Shown one piece after another: positions 1 to 8,424 of a DNA stretch of 64,000 bases (position 1 is the first letter of the stretch; every line of letters starts with the position of its first letter). The translations under genes and the position numbers were made by a program. A model generated the notes under the pieces. It searched no databases, had not been told where the DNA came from, and saw only the letters and a program-made list of their open reading frames with translations. The stretch covers positions 256,001-320,000 of the forward strand of contig CBDBLO010000002.1 of NCBI GenBank assembly GCA_965207075.1, read 5' to 3'. Source of the stretch: Nitrosopumilus sp. Its GTDB lineage: Archaea > Thermoproteota > Nitrososphaeria > Nitrososphaerales > Nitrosopumilaceae.

Positions 1-145
1 ATCCCGAGATGAGCAGGGACGGCCGCCGTATGGTGGAGCGGTTCTGCGGACTGTGATGTCATGGACGCGGCGGCCCCGCCAAACGTACGCCGCCACCGCC
101 ACGCGTCGTTGAACGATTTTAATAACTCCGCAGCGCCGGGATGCC

Positions 146-1144
146 ATGTCGTCCGAAGATGACAATGGCAGCAACAGTAGCGACCGCGTGCTCTTCCTGC
201 CGCTGGTAAGCGAGGAGCTCGTGTCGCTGCCGCTTCCGATCAACGTGGTGTCCACGTACTGGAACGTGCCGCTTCCGATGGCAGAGGCAGTCGAGGCCGC
301 AAAGAGGTATCCCTCGTTTGAGGGCGGCATCATAATAGAGGGAGTCGAGCTTGCCGAGCGGCACGGCCTGGCGTGCGTGATGCTGCATTCAGACATGCAG
401 GGGCTCAGAACCGCCATCGACGCGGGCATCCCGCCCATAGTGATGCTGCCCGGGATCCCGGGCAGCCCGGAGATTACCCAGCACGCGTCCGTGATATCCG
501 GGTACGGGGACGACACGGTGTACCACTACGTGCAAAAGGGAAACGAGGAGGGCGACCAGCAGGAGGGCGCGATACCCGCCAATGTATTTGACCGGGAGTG
601 GTCCGAGGAGGGCAGGCTGATGATTCTGGTGGCGCCCCCGGAGAGCATCTCCCCCCTGCCGATGCGGATCTCGGCGCAGGTAAGCGTGGCGTGCAGGCTG
701 TGCTTTGACGCGGAGAGGGCGATGATACTGGGTGACAAGTCTGGCGCCTCAGGCTCGCTGAAGGAGGCGCTGGAGATGGATCCGGAGAACCCGACTGCCC
801 TGCAGATGCTCGGCGGCCTGTGCAACGAGCAGGGCCTGCCCGAGTGCGTCGGATATTACGAGCGGTGCATACGCGCAAACGGCAGCGCGTTCCTCGCGCA
901 CAACGGCCTCGGCAACTATTATCTGAAGAGGGGCGAGTCTGCCAAGGCCGAGTCGTACTATACAAAGGCGATAGGGATAAACCCGAAGAGGTCCGCCCGC
1001 ATCTACAAGAACCGCGCGTACCTGCGCGAAAAGCAGGGCGACCGGGAGGGTACGCTGGAGGACCTGCACGCGTACCTAAAGCAGCTGCCAAGCGCGCCCG
1101 ACAGGGGGGCCATAGAGCAGGCGATAAGGGAGCTGTCTAACTGA
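146..1144 (+). CDS. Peptidase C39-like domain + C-terminal TPR protein
   Basis: 332-aa ORF. 'IDAGIPPIV...QHASVISGY...FDREW' resembles the C39-like fold. The C-terminal half has TPR signatures (ALEMDPENPTA, AHNGLGNYY, AIGINP, YKNRA). Confidence 0.7.
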   Translation: MSSEDDNGSNSSDRVLFLPLVSEELVSLPLPINVVSTYWNVPLPMAEAVEAAKRYPSFEGGIIIEGVELAERHGLACVMLHSDMQGLRTAIDAGIPPIVMLPGIPGSPEITQHASVISGYGDDTVYHYVQKGNEEGDQQEGAIPANVFDREWSEEGRLMILVAPPESISPLPMRISAQVSVACRLCFDAERAMILGDKSGASGSLKEALEMDPENPTALQMLGGLCNEQGLPECVGYYERCIRANGSAFLAHNGLGNYYLKRGESAKAESYYTKAIGINPKRSARIYKNRAYLREKQGDREGTLEDLHAYLKQLPSAPDRGAIEQAIRELSN

Positions 1145-1147
1145 TGG

Positions 1148-1224
1148 TGGTGCGGAGTGCGGGATTCGAACCCGCGGCCTTCAGCTTGGGAAGCTGACGT
1201 CATACCGAGCTAAACTAACTCCGC
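1148..1224 (-). tRNA. tRNA-Gly(CCC)
   Basis: Reverse strand reads GCGGAGTTAGTTTAGCTCGGTATGACG-TCAGC TT CCC AA GCTGA-AGGCCGCGGGTTCGAATCCCGC-ACTCCGCACCA: cloverleaf, T-loop TTCGAAT, encoded CCA. Confidence 0.95.
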
Positions 1225-1279
1225 CCGCGCTTTCTGTGCTGTACCCTATGATTAAATATCTTGGCCACGTCACGTGGGT

Positions 1280-1453
1280 ATGGACGCAAAGTGCCCCGAG
1301 TGCGAGGGCGTGGCCGTGCTTGATGACGACGTCACCGTGGTGAGGTGCCCCCACTGCGGCTTTGAAAAGGGATACGAGGAGTACCTCGAGATAATGAAGG
1401 ATCTGGCAGTCAACATGGCCACCGACTACATTCCCGACAGGCCTGGCTTGTGA
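1280..1453 (+). CDS. Small zinc-ribbon protein (57 aa, below the ORF-track cutoff)
   Basis: MDAKCPECEGVAVLDDDVTVVRCPHCGFEKGYEEYLEIMKDLAVNMATDYIPDRPGL. Two CxxC pairs, and a TATA-like ATTAAATA ~25 nt upstream. Confidence 0.8.
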   Translation: MDAKCPECEGVAVLDDDVTVVRCPHCGFEKGYEEYLEIMKDLAVNMATDYIPDRPGL

Positions 1454-1488
1454 TGGCGGTCGTGACGGCGGCGCGCGGCCGCCTCTGA

Positions 1489-1638
1489 TTACCAGTAGCT
1501 GCCCTTGTCCGAGCAGTCCAGATGGGAGCCGCAATTGCCGCACAGCAAGTGGCATGCCTGCATCTCTATCATGGCGTGGTTGCACCTGGGGCATGCGACC
1601 GCACCACTGTCATCCGAACCTTTGTTCTCCACTTGCAT
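1489..1638 (-). CDS. Small Cys-rich zinc-finger protein (49 aa, below the ORF-track cutoff)
   Basis: MQVENKGSDDSGAVACPRCNHAMIEMQACHLLCGNCGSHLDCSDKGSYW. CPRC and CGNC motifs, and AT-rich TATTTA upstream on the minus strand. Confidence 0.75.
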   Translation of the reverse strand: MQVENKGSDDSGAVACPRCNHAMIEMQACHLLCGNCGSHLDCSDKGSYW

Positions 1639-2124
1639 GAGGTACAATTATGGCACATCCTAAATAATGTGCCGCGCCGTTGGCGTCGTGTGGAGCCCAA
1701 GCAGACTCACCCTTGAGTCCAAGCAGTTTGTAGACATGCCGTACATCACAGCGTCTCTCCGTATGTATATTCCGAGATGATCTCCATTCCGAGTATGAGT
1801 GCGCTGCGGCCCCGGGGGAGAACGGCTTTTTGGATGCCACAGGTTCCACAAGATACACGTAGGCCTTGATGCGTGGCATGTTCACAAACCACGGCCATGG
1901 CGGTGGAGTGCGTGGGATCCACACGATTAGCATGGCGGAAAGCTCCGGCCGGTCCGCCGCGTGTCAGGACGCACTGGCCCATGAGGTTGTCTGCCTGCGC
2001 GCCGCAGCTGGCAGTTCCCGAATCCGGCAGCCGCGCGGGGAAACCATGGGCTTGCCCAAGCTCCATGCAAGGGCCGATGGGGGTTATAGCGCAAAAGTGA
2101 TAATTGTGCGTGGCGCGGGCCTGC

Positions 2125-3438
2125 CTAGCGGCACATCTGCGGGGTCCTATCATCGAGCTCGAGCCATATGTAGCCGCCGTTGCTCTGGCCCATCCTGTGC
2201 TCGTTAAAGTTCCCGGCCCCGACGGCAAGATCGCCGGTCTGACGGTCCAGGCTGTAGTCGCCCAGCGCGCCCTCGCCCAAAAGGCGTGTGGTGTGCTGTA
2301 GCACGTGTATGTCGTCGTTGGCCACCTCTAATATGGTCTCCTTCAGGTTAAGATTGTCGGCTTCTGCTATCAAGATGCTGCTGGCCAGCAGGTGGACCGC
2401 GTCATACGCGGCATAGTTGGCGTATACGTTGTGCAGCCTGCTTGGATTCGGGAGGGCCTTTAGCTCGTTGACGATGGGGGTCTCAAATATCTCGTACGCG
2501 AGGATGGTCATGTTCACCCTGGCGGAGAACTCGGCCATCGACGGATCCGTCGCGACCCTGTCCACGAGTATCGCGTCCGTGCCGTACCACCTTACACTGT
2601 CAAGGTTGGCAAGGTTCGGGTTGTCGTTGATCACTCCGACAAGGGTGTTGTAGTGGTACACGTCGCTGACAAACATGACGCCTACGCTGTCCTGCCCGTA
2701 TACGTCAATCAGGGCACCCAATCTATTATTGAGATCAGTGGCGGCCTGCAGGTTCAATTCGCCACTGTTCGGCGTGTCCTCGCTGTAGACCAGGAGTGGT
2801 TCGAAGGGAGTGCCAAAGCGATCGCGCACGGCCTCTGGCGCCGGGAACGGGGAGCTCCCCCTTGCGGCATCTATCACCATAATAAGCCTGTCCGTGCCGT
2901 ACTTGTCATACAACGGAGTGGTCACCCTGGCCAATTCATCGTTGTTCGGGGTGAGCCTGAAGAGGTTGTCGTCGGAGTTGTATAGATCGTGGACGACCGT
3001 CTGGGACTTTGGCGATATCAGTATGGAACTTGCCGCGACCGGGCTCAGGACTTCAGCGCCCTGGATCTCGCCTGCAGCAAGCGCGTCTACGGTCCCCTTT
3101 ACGGCGCCAAGAGCGACCTCGTCGCTTGGCGCAATAAAGTGAATCAAGCCCTGCTGGTAAGCAGATATGATCTTCAGTACAACCGACTCGGGGTTGGCAA
3201 AGTCCGACACGTCGATCCTCACGAGCTCCACCGTGCTATTGATCGCAGTAAATTCACTGTTCAGGTCCCTCTTGGCAATCTCCATTGCCGCCAACGGGCC
3301 CGCATCTATGTCGGTGGGATGCGACGTCAGCACCCCGATCCTGATGTCGGTCTGTGCATATGCCTCGCCGTGCATCAAAGAGGCGGCGGCAGTGATAGCC
3401 ACTGCTACCAGTACGGCCGCCCATGCTTTCATATACAT
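2125..3438 (-). CDS. Secreted ABC-type (LivJ-like, type I periplasmic) substrate-binding protein
   Basis: N-terminal signal peptide (MKAWAAVLVAVAITAAA..AYA) plus 'IRIGVL', 'LISPKS', 'DNLFRLTPNN', 'WYGTD', 'AAYDAVHLLA', which are typical of type I periplasmic binding proteins. Confidence 0.75.
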   Translation of the reverse strand: MYMKAWAAVLVAVAITAAASLMHGEAYAQTDIRIGVLTSHPTDIDAGPLAAMEIAKRDLNSEFTAINSTVELVRIDVSDFANPESVVLKIISAYQQGLIHFIAPSDEVALGAVKGTVDALAAGEIQGAEVLSPVAASSILISPKSQTVVHDLYNSDDNLFRLTPNNDELARVTTPLYDKYGTDRLIMVIDAARGSSPFPAPEAVRDRFGTPFEPLLVYSEDTPNSGELNLQAATDLNNRLGALIDVYGQDSVGVMFVSDVYHYNTLVGVINDNPNLANLDSVRWYGTDAILVDRVATDPSMAEFSARVNMTILAYEIFETPIVNELKALPNPSRLHNVYANYAAYDAVHLLASSILIAEADNLNLKETILEVANDDIHVLQHTTRLLGEGALGDYSLDRQTGDLAVGAGNFNEHRMGQSNGGYIWLELDDRTPQMCR

Positions 3439-3439
3439 C

Positions 3440-3464
3440 ACTGTTAATACTTGTTATTAACAGT
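3440..3464. promoter_or_regulatory. Perfect 10-bp inverted repeat upstream of the substrate-binding protein gene (candidate operator/promoter)
   Basis: ACTGTTAATA-CTTGT-TATTAACAGT lies directly upstream of the start codon. Confidence 0.5.
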
Positions 3465-3484
3465 TTGGTAAGTGTACCACTAGT

Positions 3485-4525
3485 TGTAGTATATGAAAAG
3501 TCGTTCCGCTACTCATGGGCATCCTTCTCCATCCATTCGGTGTCCTCTTTCCTGATCGCCTCGGTGGCCTTTTTGTTTCTAAAGGCCATTAGAGGGGTCT
3601 CGTAGTTGTCGATATCGAGGGAGAAGTGCAGCCGTCGCTCGTTGTAATAGTCGATGTACGCGCCCAGGCTCTCGTAGTTCCAGATCTCCTCCTCGATGCT
3701 GCGGTGGAACCTCTCGAGCTTGCCGTTCGTCTGGGGGTGGTATGGCCTGGAGTTTATCAGGGCGATGCCCCTCTCGAGCAGCTCCTCCTCGAAGACCGTC
3801 GGCTGCCACGTCCCCATCGGTCCCTTCTTCCTGCCGTTCCGGCCCACGAAGCAGGAGCCGTTGTCTGACAGTATCGATGCCGGCCTGCCGAACCTACTGA
3901 TTGCAAGCCTGAGCAGCATTACCGCGTTCTCGGACGTGGCATGCTCAAAGAGCGCGGCCCCAGTGACGCACCGCGACGCGTCGTCAAGGTATGTGATTAG
4001 TTGGTAGCCTTGAAAGCGATGATCCTTCATCTCGTGCCAGTCGGTATGCCACATGGCGTTGGCGTACATCCGCTCGTACCGGACCCACTTGCGCCTCTTT
4101 GACCTGGCTGCAGACGCCGCCACCATGCCGCTCTTCTTCAATATCCGGTATACCCGATCGTAGCTTATATCATGATTCTTTCTCAGGGCCCTTGCGACGC
4201 GCACGGCGCCGACCGGCTGTTCTCCGTAGGCCTCGGTCACCAGTCGTATCTGGGCCTCCGTGACGTAGTCCCTGGGCCTGCCCATCCTCAGGCGCGTGCA
4301 GCCGGTCTTCTGGTACCTTGCCCACAGCATGCGCACGCACCTGGCAGAGATGTTCAGATCCCTCGCTATCCGGGATGCAGGTACGCCCTTCCTGCGGTTT
4401 CTGATTATGTGCTGTCTGGCGTCTTCTGAGAGCCCCTCTGGCACGGGTTTTCGTGATCGGTGCAGCCTAAAATAATCGGCGATCGGCCTCCTGAACCTAT
4501 GCGGATCGACTTTTCGTGCAATAGA
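3485..4525 (-). mobile_element. IS481-family insertion sequence (~1041 bp)
   Basis: Imperfect 25-bp terminal inverted repeats: TGTAGTATATGAAAAGTCGTTCCGC (3485-3509) vs revcomp TCTATTGCACGAAAAGTCGATCCGC (4501-4525). Flanked by exact direct repeats TAAGTGTACCACTAGT at 3469-3484 and 4526-4541. Contains a single DDE transposase. Confidence 0.9.
3509..4444 (-). CDS. IS481-family DDE (rve) transposase
   Basis: N-terminal HTH, then 'WHTDW', 'YLDDASR', 'ILSDNGSCF', 'SRPYHPQTNGKLERFHRS', 'YYNERRLH'. Start placed at GTG 4444 because the track's start (4537) lies outside the element. Confidence 0.9.
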   Translation of the reverse strand: MPEGLSEDARQHIIRNRRKGVPASRIARDLNISARCVRMLWARYQKTGCTRLRMGRPRDYVTEAQIRLVTEAYGEQPVGAVRVARALRKNHDISYDRVYRILKKSGMVAASAARSKRRKWVRYERMYANAMWHTDWHEMKDHRFQGYQLITYLDDASRCVTGAALFEHATSENAVMLLRLAISRFGRPASILSDNGSCFVGRNGRKKGPMGTWQPTVFEEELLERGIALINSRPYHPQTNGKLERFHRSIEEEIWNYESLGAYIDYYNERRLHFSLDIDNYETPLMAFRNKKATEAIRKEDTEWMEKDAHE

Positions 4526-4666
4526 TAAGTGTACCACTAGTCATTCCAACTCCCCTAGGAGTTGCTTGATTTCAGGATCTGCGCGTCGGCTCTGGACAGA
4601 TCGCCGCCTGCGAACTGGGGGTCCCGCCTGCCAAAGGATTATTAGCCTCAGATCCGCCCCGCCTGC

Positions 4667-5080
4667 ATGGCAAGCTTCAAGGTGACCATATCCGATACCA
4701 AGGGCAGGTCCATCTCAAAGGAGCTAAAGGACTCGGACGCCGTCCCGCTGCTGGGCCTCCAGCTTGGGGACGAGGCGGACGCGGACGCCGTCGGCCTCTC
4801 TGGCATACTCACACTCACGGGCGGGAGCGACAAGTCTGGAGTCCCGATGCGCAGCGACGTGCACGGGGCCGCCCGCAAGTACGTGCTGCTCTCAAAGGGG
4901 GTGGGGCTGCAGGACGCCGAGAAGGGGCAGCGCGTCCGCAAGCTTGTGCGCGGCAACACCATATCCGAGGAGACCTACCAGGTAAACTGTAGGTATGACG
5001 GCGAGCTGCCGGCCGCGGATGACGGACAGGCCTCAGACGACGGCGCAGAGGCCGGCCAGTCAGATGAGGGCAAGGACTAG
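4667..5080 (+). CDS. rps6e: 30S ribosomal protein S6e
   Basis: MASFKVTISD...LTGGSDKSGVPMRSDVHG...GQRVRKLVRGNTISE, the S6e signature. Confidence 0.95.
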   Translation: MASFKVTISDTKGRSISKELKDSDAVPLLGLQLGDEADADAVGLSGILTLTGGSDKSGVPMRSDVHGAARKYVLLSKGVGLQDAEKGQRVRKLVRGNTISEETYQVNCRYDGELPAADDGQASDDGAEAGQSDEGKD

Positions 5081-5119
5081 TCCTGCAAAACCAAGCTTAA
5101 CATACGTCGGATCGACACT

Positions 5120-6415
5120 ATGATTATGCACTGGCGCGACACGCTACCGGACTGGTACGTAAAAAAGTACGGATACCAGCCGTGCGTGAACATCGGCACG
5201 GCGGGGCACGTGGACCACGGCAAGACCACGCTGATACAGGCGCTGACCGGCTCGTGGACCAGCGTGCACAGCCAGGAGCTAAAGCGCGGCATTACCATAC
5301 GCGTCGGATACTCTGACGCGGCGTTCTACAAGTGCGGCGCGTGCGAGGAGCCCCTGGGGTACTCGACGACCCCGACCTGCGGCAACTGCGGAGGCACCAG
5401 CGAGCTTACGCGAGTCGTTAGCTTTGTCGACAGCCCGGGTCACGAGAGTCTGATGGCCAACATGCTGTCGGGATCGGCCCTGATGGACGGCGCCCTGCTG
5501 CTGGTGGCCGCAAACGAGCAGGTCCCGAGGCCCCAGACCAAGGAGCACATGCTGGCGCTGCAGACGCTTGGAATAACCCAGGTCGTGGTGGTGCAGAACA
5601 AGGTCGACCTGCTCACGTACGAGGAGGCGATGGCAAACCACGACGACATTGCGAGGTTCCTTGGGGAGACCCGCGCAGAAAACGGGGACGCGCCCATAAT
5701 CCCGGTATCGGCCCAGTCGTCCCTGAACGTGGACGCGCTGATAGGCGCAGTAGAGTCCACCATCGCGACCCCCGAGCGGGACGAGGGGAAGGACGCCGTG
5801 ATGCACGTGCTGCGCTCATTTGACGTGAACCGCCCCGGAACCGGCATCAAGAAGATCAAGGGCGGCGTGATAGGCGGGAGCCTGACTCAGGGGATCTTCA
5901 AGGTGGGCGACGAGATAGAGATCAAGCCGGGCGTGCCGTCCGAGAAGAACAGGGGCGCGGCGGGATACGAGCCGCTAGTCACCGAGATCACGTCGCTTGG
6001 GACCGCGGCCGGAACCGTGGACTCCGTAAAGCCGGGCGGCCTCGTGGCCATCGGCACAAAGCTCGACCCCTCCATGACGCGCAGCGACTCGTTTATCGGC
6101 TCGGTGATAGGGCGCCCCGGCACGCTGCCTGAGAACACCACCTCGCTTGCGATGTCCGTGAGCCTGTTTGACTCGGCAGTCGGCACCACCGAGGACGTGC
6201 AGGTAAAGCCCATCCAGAACGGCGAGATGCTCAGGCTCAACATCGGGACCGCCCCGATCCCGGGGCAGGTAAAGCAGGCGCGCACCAAGGACGGCGGAAT
6301 CGAGGTGGAGCTCAAGCGCCCCGCGTGCGTGTTCGAGGGCGGGCACGTGGCAATCAGCAGGAGGATTGCGGACAGGTGGAGGCTGATCGGCGCGGGTGTG
6401 GTCGCCGCTGGCTGA
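5120..6415 (+). CDS. eif2g: Translation initiation factor aIF2 gamma subunit
   Basis: 'NIGTAGHVDHGKTT', 'ELKRGITI', zinc knuckle, 'DSPGHE', 'QNKVD', 'RWRLIG'. Confidence 0.97.
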   Translation: MIMHWRDTLPDWYVKKYGYQPCVNIGTAGHVDHGKTTLIQALTGSWTSVHSQELKRGITIRVGYSDAAFYKCGACEEPLGYSTTPTCGNCGGTSELTRVVSFVDSPGHESLMANMLSGSALMDGALLLVAANEQVPRPQTKEHMLALQTLGITQVVVVQNKVDLLTYEEAMANHDDIARFLGETRAENGDAPIIPVSAQSSLNVDALIGAVESTIATPERDEGKDAVMHVLRSFDVNRPGTGIKKIKGGVIGGSLTQGIFKVGDEIEIKPGVPSEKNRGAAGYEPLVTEITSLGTAAGTVDSVKPGGLVAIGTKLDPSMTRSDSFIGSVIGRPGTLPENTTSLAMSVSLFDSAVGTTEDVQVKPIQNGEMLRLNIGTAPIPGQVKQARTKDGGIEVELKRPACVFEGGHVAISRRIADRWRLIGAGVVAAG

Positions 6416-6785
6416 CGTGATATGCGACACGAGCTTTTTGATGCACATGGCCACCACGCGGGTCAGAAACATAGACAGCCTGGGCGACGAGATAGGAGAG
6501 GTGTCGTTCGTGGTGCCGCGTGTGGTGCTTGTCGAGCTGGACCGCATACTCCGGCGCGGCGATGCAAGGAGTGACGACGCGCGGCGCACCGTGGAGTTTG
6601 CGCGGGGCCTCCGGACCGTGCAGATGGGCGCCGGCGCGGCGACGGCCGACGACGCAATACTGTCCCACGCGTCCGCGCGCGGCGGCATCGTCGCCACCAT
6701 GGACAGGGGGCTGAAGCGGCGGCTCCGCGAGCGCGGATGCTCGATAATGTCGTTCTCAAACGACCGCATAGTTCTGGAGCCGTAG
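6396..6785 (+). CDS. PIN-domain nuclease (Fcf1/Utp24-like)
   Basis: 'VICDTSFL', 'VLVEL', 'ADDAIL', 'VATMDRGLKRRL'. Typical position after aIF2-gamma. Exact start uncertain. Confidence 0.85.
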   Translation: MWSPLADVICDTSFLMHMATTRVRNIDSLGDEIGEVSFVVPRVVLVELDRILRRGDARSDDARRTVEFARGLRTVQMGAGAATADDAILSHASARGGIVATMDRGLKRRLRERGCSIMSFSNDRIVLEP

Positions 6786-6829
6786 GCCGCCGAAAGCCGG
6801 AAGGAAACCCTTAACTTGGCGCGCCCGCA

Positions 6830-7300
6830 ATGGCGCGCATGACGGGCATTGCCATATCAAGCGACGCCTTTGAGGACGGCGGCCGGATACCAAAAAAGCA
6901 CGGCTACAAGAACGATAACGTCAGCCCCGCCCTGTCGTTTTCCGGCGTGCCCGAGGGCGCAAAGTCCCTGGCGCTCATAATGGACGACCCAGACGCCATG
7001 AAGCCGGCAGGCAAGGTGTGGTCGCACTGGATCGTGTGGAACATGCCGCCTGATACGGCCCTGATCGGCGAGGGCTCGGCGCCGCCGGCAGGCGCCGTGC
7101 AGGGCACGACTGACTTTGGCAGCACCGGGTACGGCGGCCCCGCCCCTCCCGATGCGGAGCACACCTACGTCTTTGCGGTCTACGCGCTGGACGCCGAGAT
7201 TGAACTGGGCGCGTCGGCGACAAAGCAGCAGCTGGAGCAGGCCATAAGGCCGCACGTCATGGCAAAGGCGGAGATGCGCGGCAGGTACTCCCCTGGCTGA
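6830..7300 (+). CDS. YbhB/YbcL (PEBP) Raf kinase inhibitor-like protein
   Basis: 'SPALSFSGVPEGAKSLALIMDDPDA', 'WSHWIVWN', 'GYGGPAPP', 'HTYVFAVYALD'. Confidence 0.93.
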   Translation: MARMTGIAISSDAFEDGGRIPKKHGYKNDNVSPALSFSGVPEGAKSLALIMDDPDAMKPAGKVWSHWIVWNMPPDTALIGEGSAPPAGAVQGTTDFGSTGYGGPAPPDAEHTYVFAVYALDAEIELGASATKQQLEQAIRPHVMAKAEMRGRYSPG

Positions 7301-7315
7301 TGCAGTCTCCGCGGC

Positions 7316-7519
7316 TCACTGTGTCTTCTGCAGGCCATTGCCGTCACCACCACCTGAATCCTGCCCGGCGTACCTTGACGCAAGCCTGTACCTGGCGTAC
7401 TTGTCGTCAGGCGAGTACTTGGCGGGATGCGCCGACTCGGTATCCGCGTCGCACGCGGGGCACCGCGCCTTGAGGGTGTACCTGTTGCATGAGACGCACC
7501 TGCGCAGCAAAAAGCGCAT
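7316..7519 (-). CDS. nop10: H/ACA RNP protein Nop10
   Basis: 'LRRCVSCNRYTLKARCPAC...AHPAKYSPDDKYARYR'. Lies downstream of aIF2-alpha. Confidence 0.93.
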   Translation of the reverse strand: MRFLLRRCVSCNRYTLKARCPACDADTESAHPAKYSPDDKYARYRLASRYAGQDSGGGDGNGLQKTQ

Positions 7520-7520
7520 G

Positions 7521-8330
7521 CTAGTTCTCCCTGGTCTTTTTCGACTCTTCCCTTGTAAAGCTGAACGTGCCCTTTTTCTTCTCTATCCCTGACTGTATCT
7601 CCGATACGATGGGCTTTAGCACCCTCTCCGCGGACTTGAAGTCCTCGGACGTGACCGCCAGCCTGTATTTCGGGGCGCCCAGGTACGTGATCTCCGCGTT
7701 CTCCGTCGCGCTGCCGCCGTTCCTGTCCGGTATAGCGTCGAGCAGTATCTTCCTGATCACCTCCACCCCGTCCGGACGGCTGCTTGCAATGTCCATCACG
7801 CCCCTGATCTCCACTGAGGGCAGCTTTATTTTCGAGGCCACCTCCTCCATTGTGCTCACTATGTTCTTGTCGATTCCCAGGCCACCGACAGAAGAGCCGC
7901 CCCTGCGGCCTATCTCGATGAACGCGTCGTACACGGAGTCGAACTTTGAGTATATCTTGTCCTCCACGTCCGATATGTCGTCTTCTGACAGATCCGCCTT
8001 TTCCCGCACGCTCTGCATCAGCGTGTTTCCCTTCTCGTACTTTTTGACCTCCCGGATCTTCTGCTTTTTCTGATCCTTTGATATCTGCTTGAGCGACAGG
8101 TCTATGTCGCCCCTGCGGGGATTGACCTTCTTGACCAAGAGCACCTTCTTCTCCCCCTTCCTGACGTGCTTGTTTATGGAGCGTATCCACCCCGGGGCGA
8201 TCTCCGATATGTGCAGGAACCCCTGCATGCCGTCGTACTCGTCAAGCGAGACGTAGGCGCCGTGGTCCATCACCTTCGTGACGGTCGCCATGACAATCTC
8301 GCCCTGCTCGGGCATCTCGTCTGCATGCAT
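7521..8330 (-). CDS. eif2a: Translation initiation factor aIF2 alpha subunit
   Basis: S1 domain 'PEQGEIVMATV...GAYVSLDEY...LHISEI', 'DLSLK', 'YLGAPKY'. Start at MHADEMP. Confidence 0.95.
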   Translation of the reverse strand: MHADEMPEQGEIVMATVTKVMDHGAYVSLDEYDGMQGFLHISEIAPGWIRSINKHVRKGEKKVLLVKKVNPRRGDIDLSLKQISKDQKKQKIREVKKYEKGNTLMQSVREKADLSEDDISDVEDKIYSKFDSVYDAFIEIGRRGGSSVGGLGIDKNIVSTMEEVASKIKLPSVEIRGVMDIASSRPDGVEVIRKILLDAIPDRNGGSATENAEITYLGAPKYRLAVTSEDFKSAERVLKPIVSEIQSGIEKKKGTFSFTREESKKTREN

Positions 8331-8424
8331 GCGGTGCGTGTGGGCCCCTCGAATTAAACGGTTTCTAGGGGGGGGGGAACTGGATTCGGCAATAGTTAAA
8401 TCAGGATGCGCTCCACGGATGGAT

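Noticed and set aside
1145-1150. Genomic CCACCA at the tRNA-Gly 3' end
   Set aside because: The extra CCA is most simply downstream sequence removed during processing. There is no evidence of function.
4445-4537. N-terminal extension of the transposase in the ORF track (similarly for aIF2-alpha, cobO, cbiA, cbiG, ureD, Lrp)
   Set aside because: These extensions cross element ends or neighbouring genes and promoters, and are longest-ORF artefacts.
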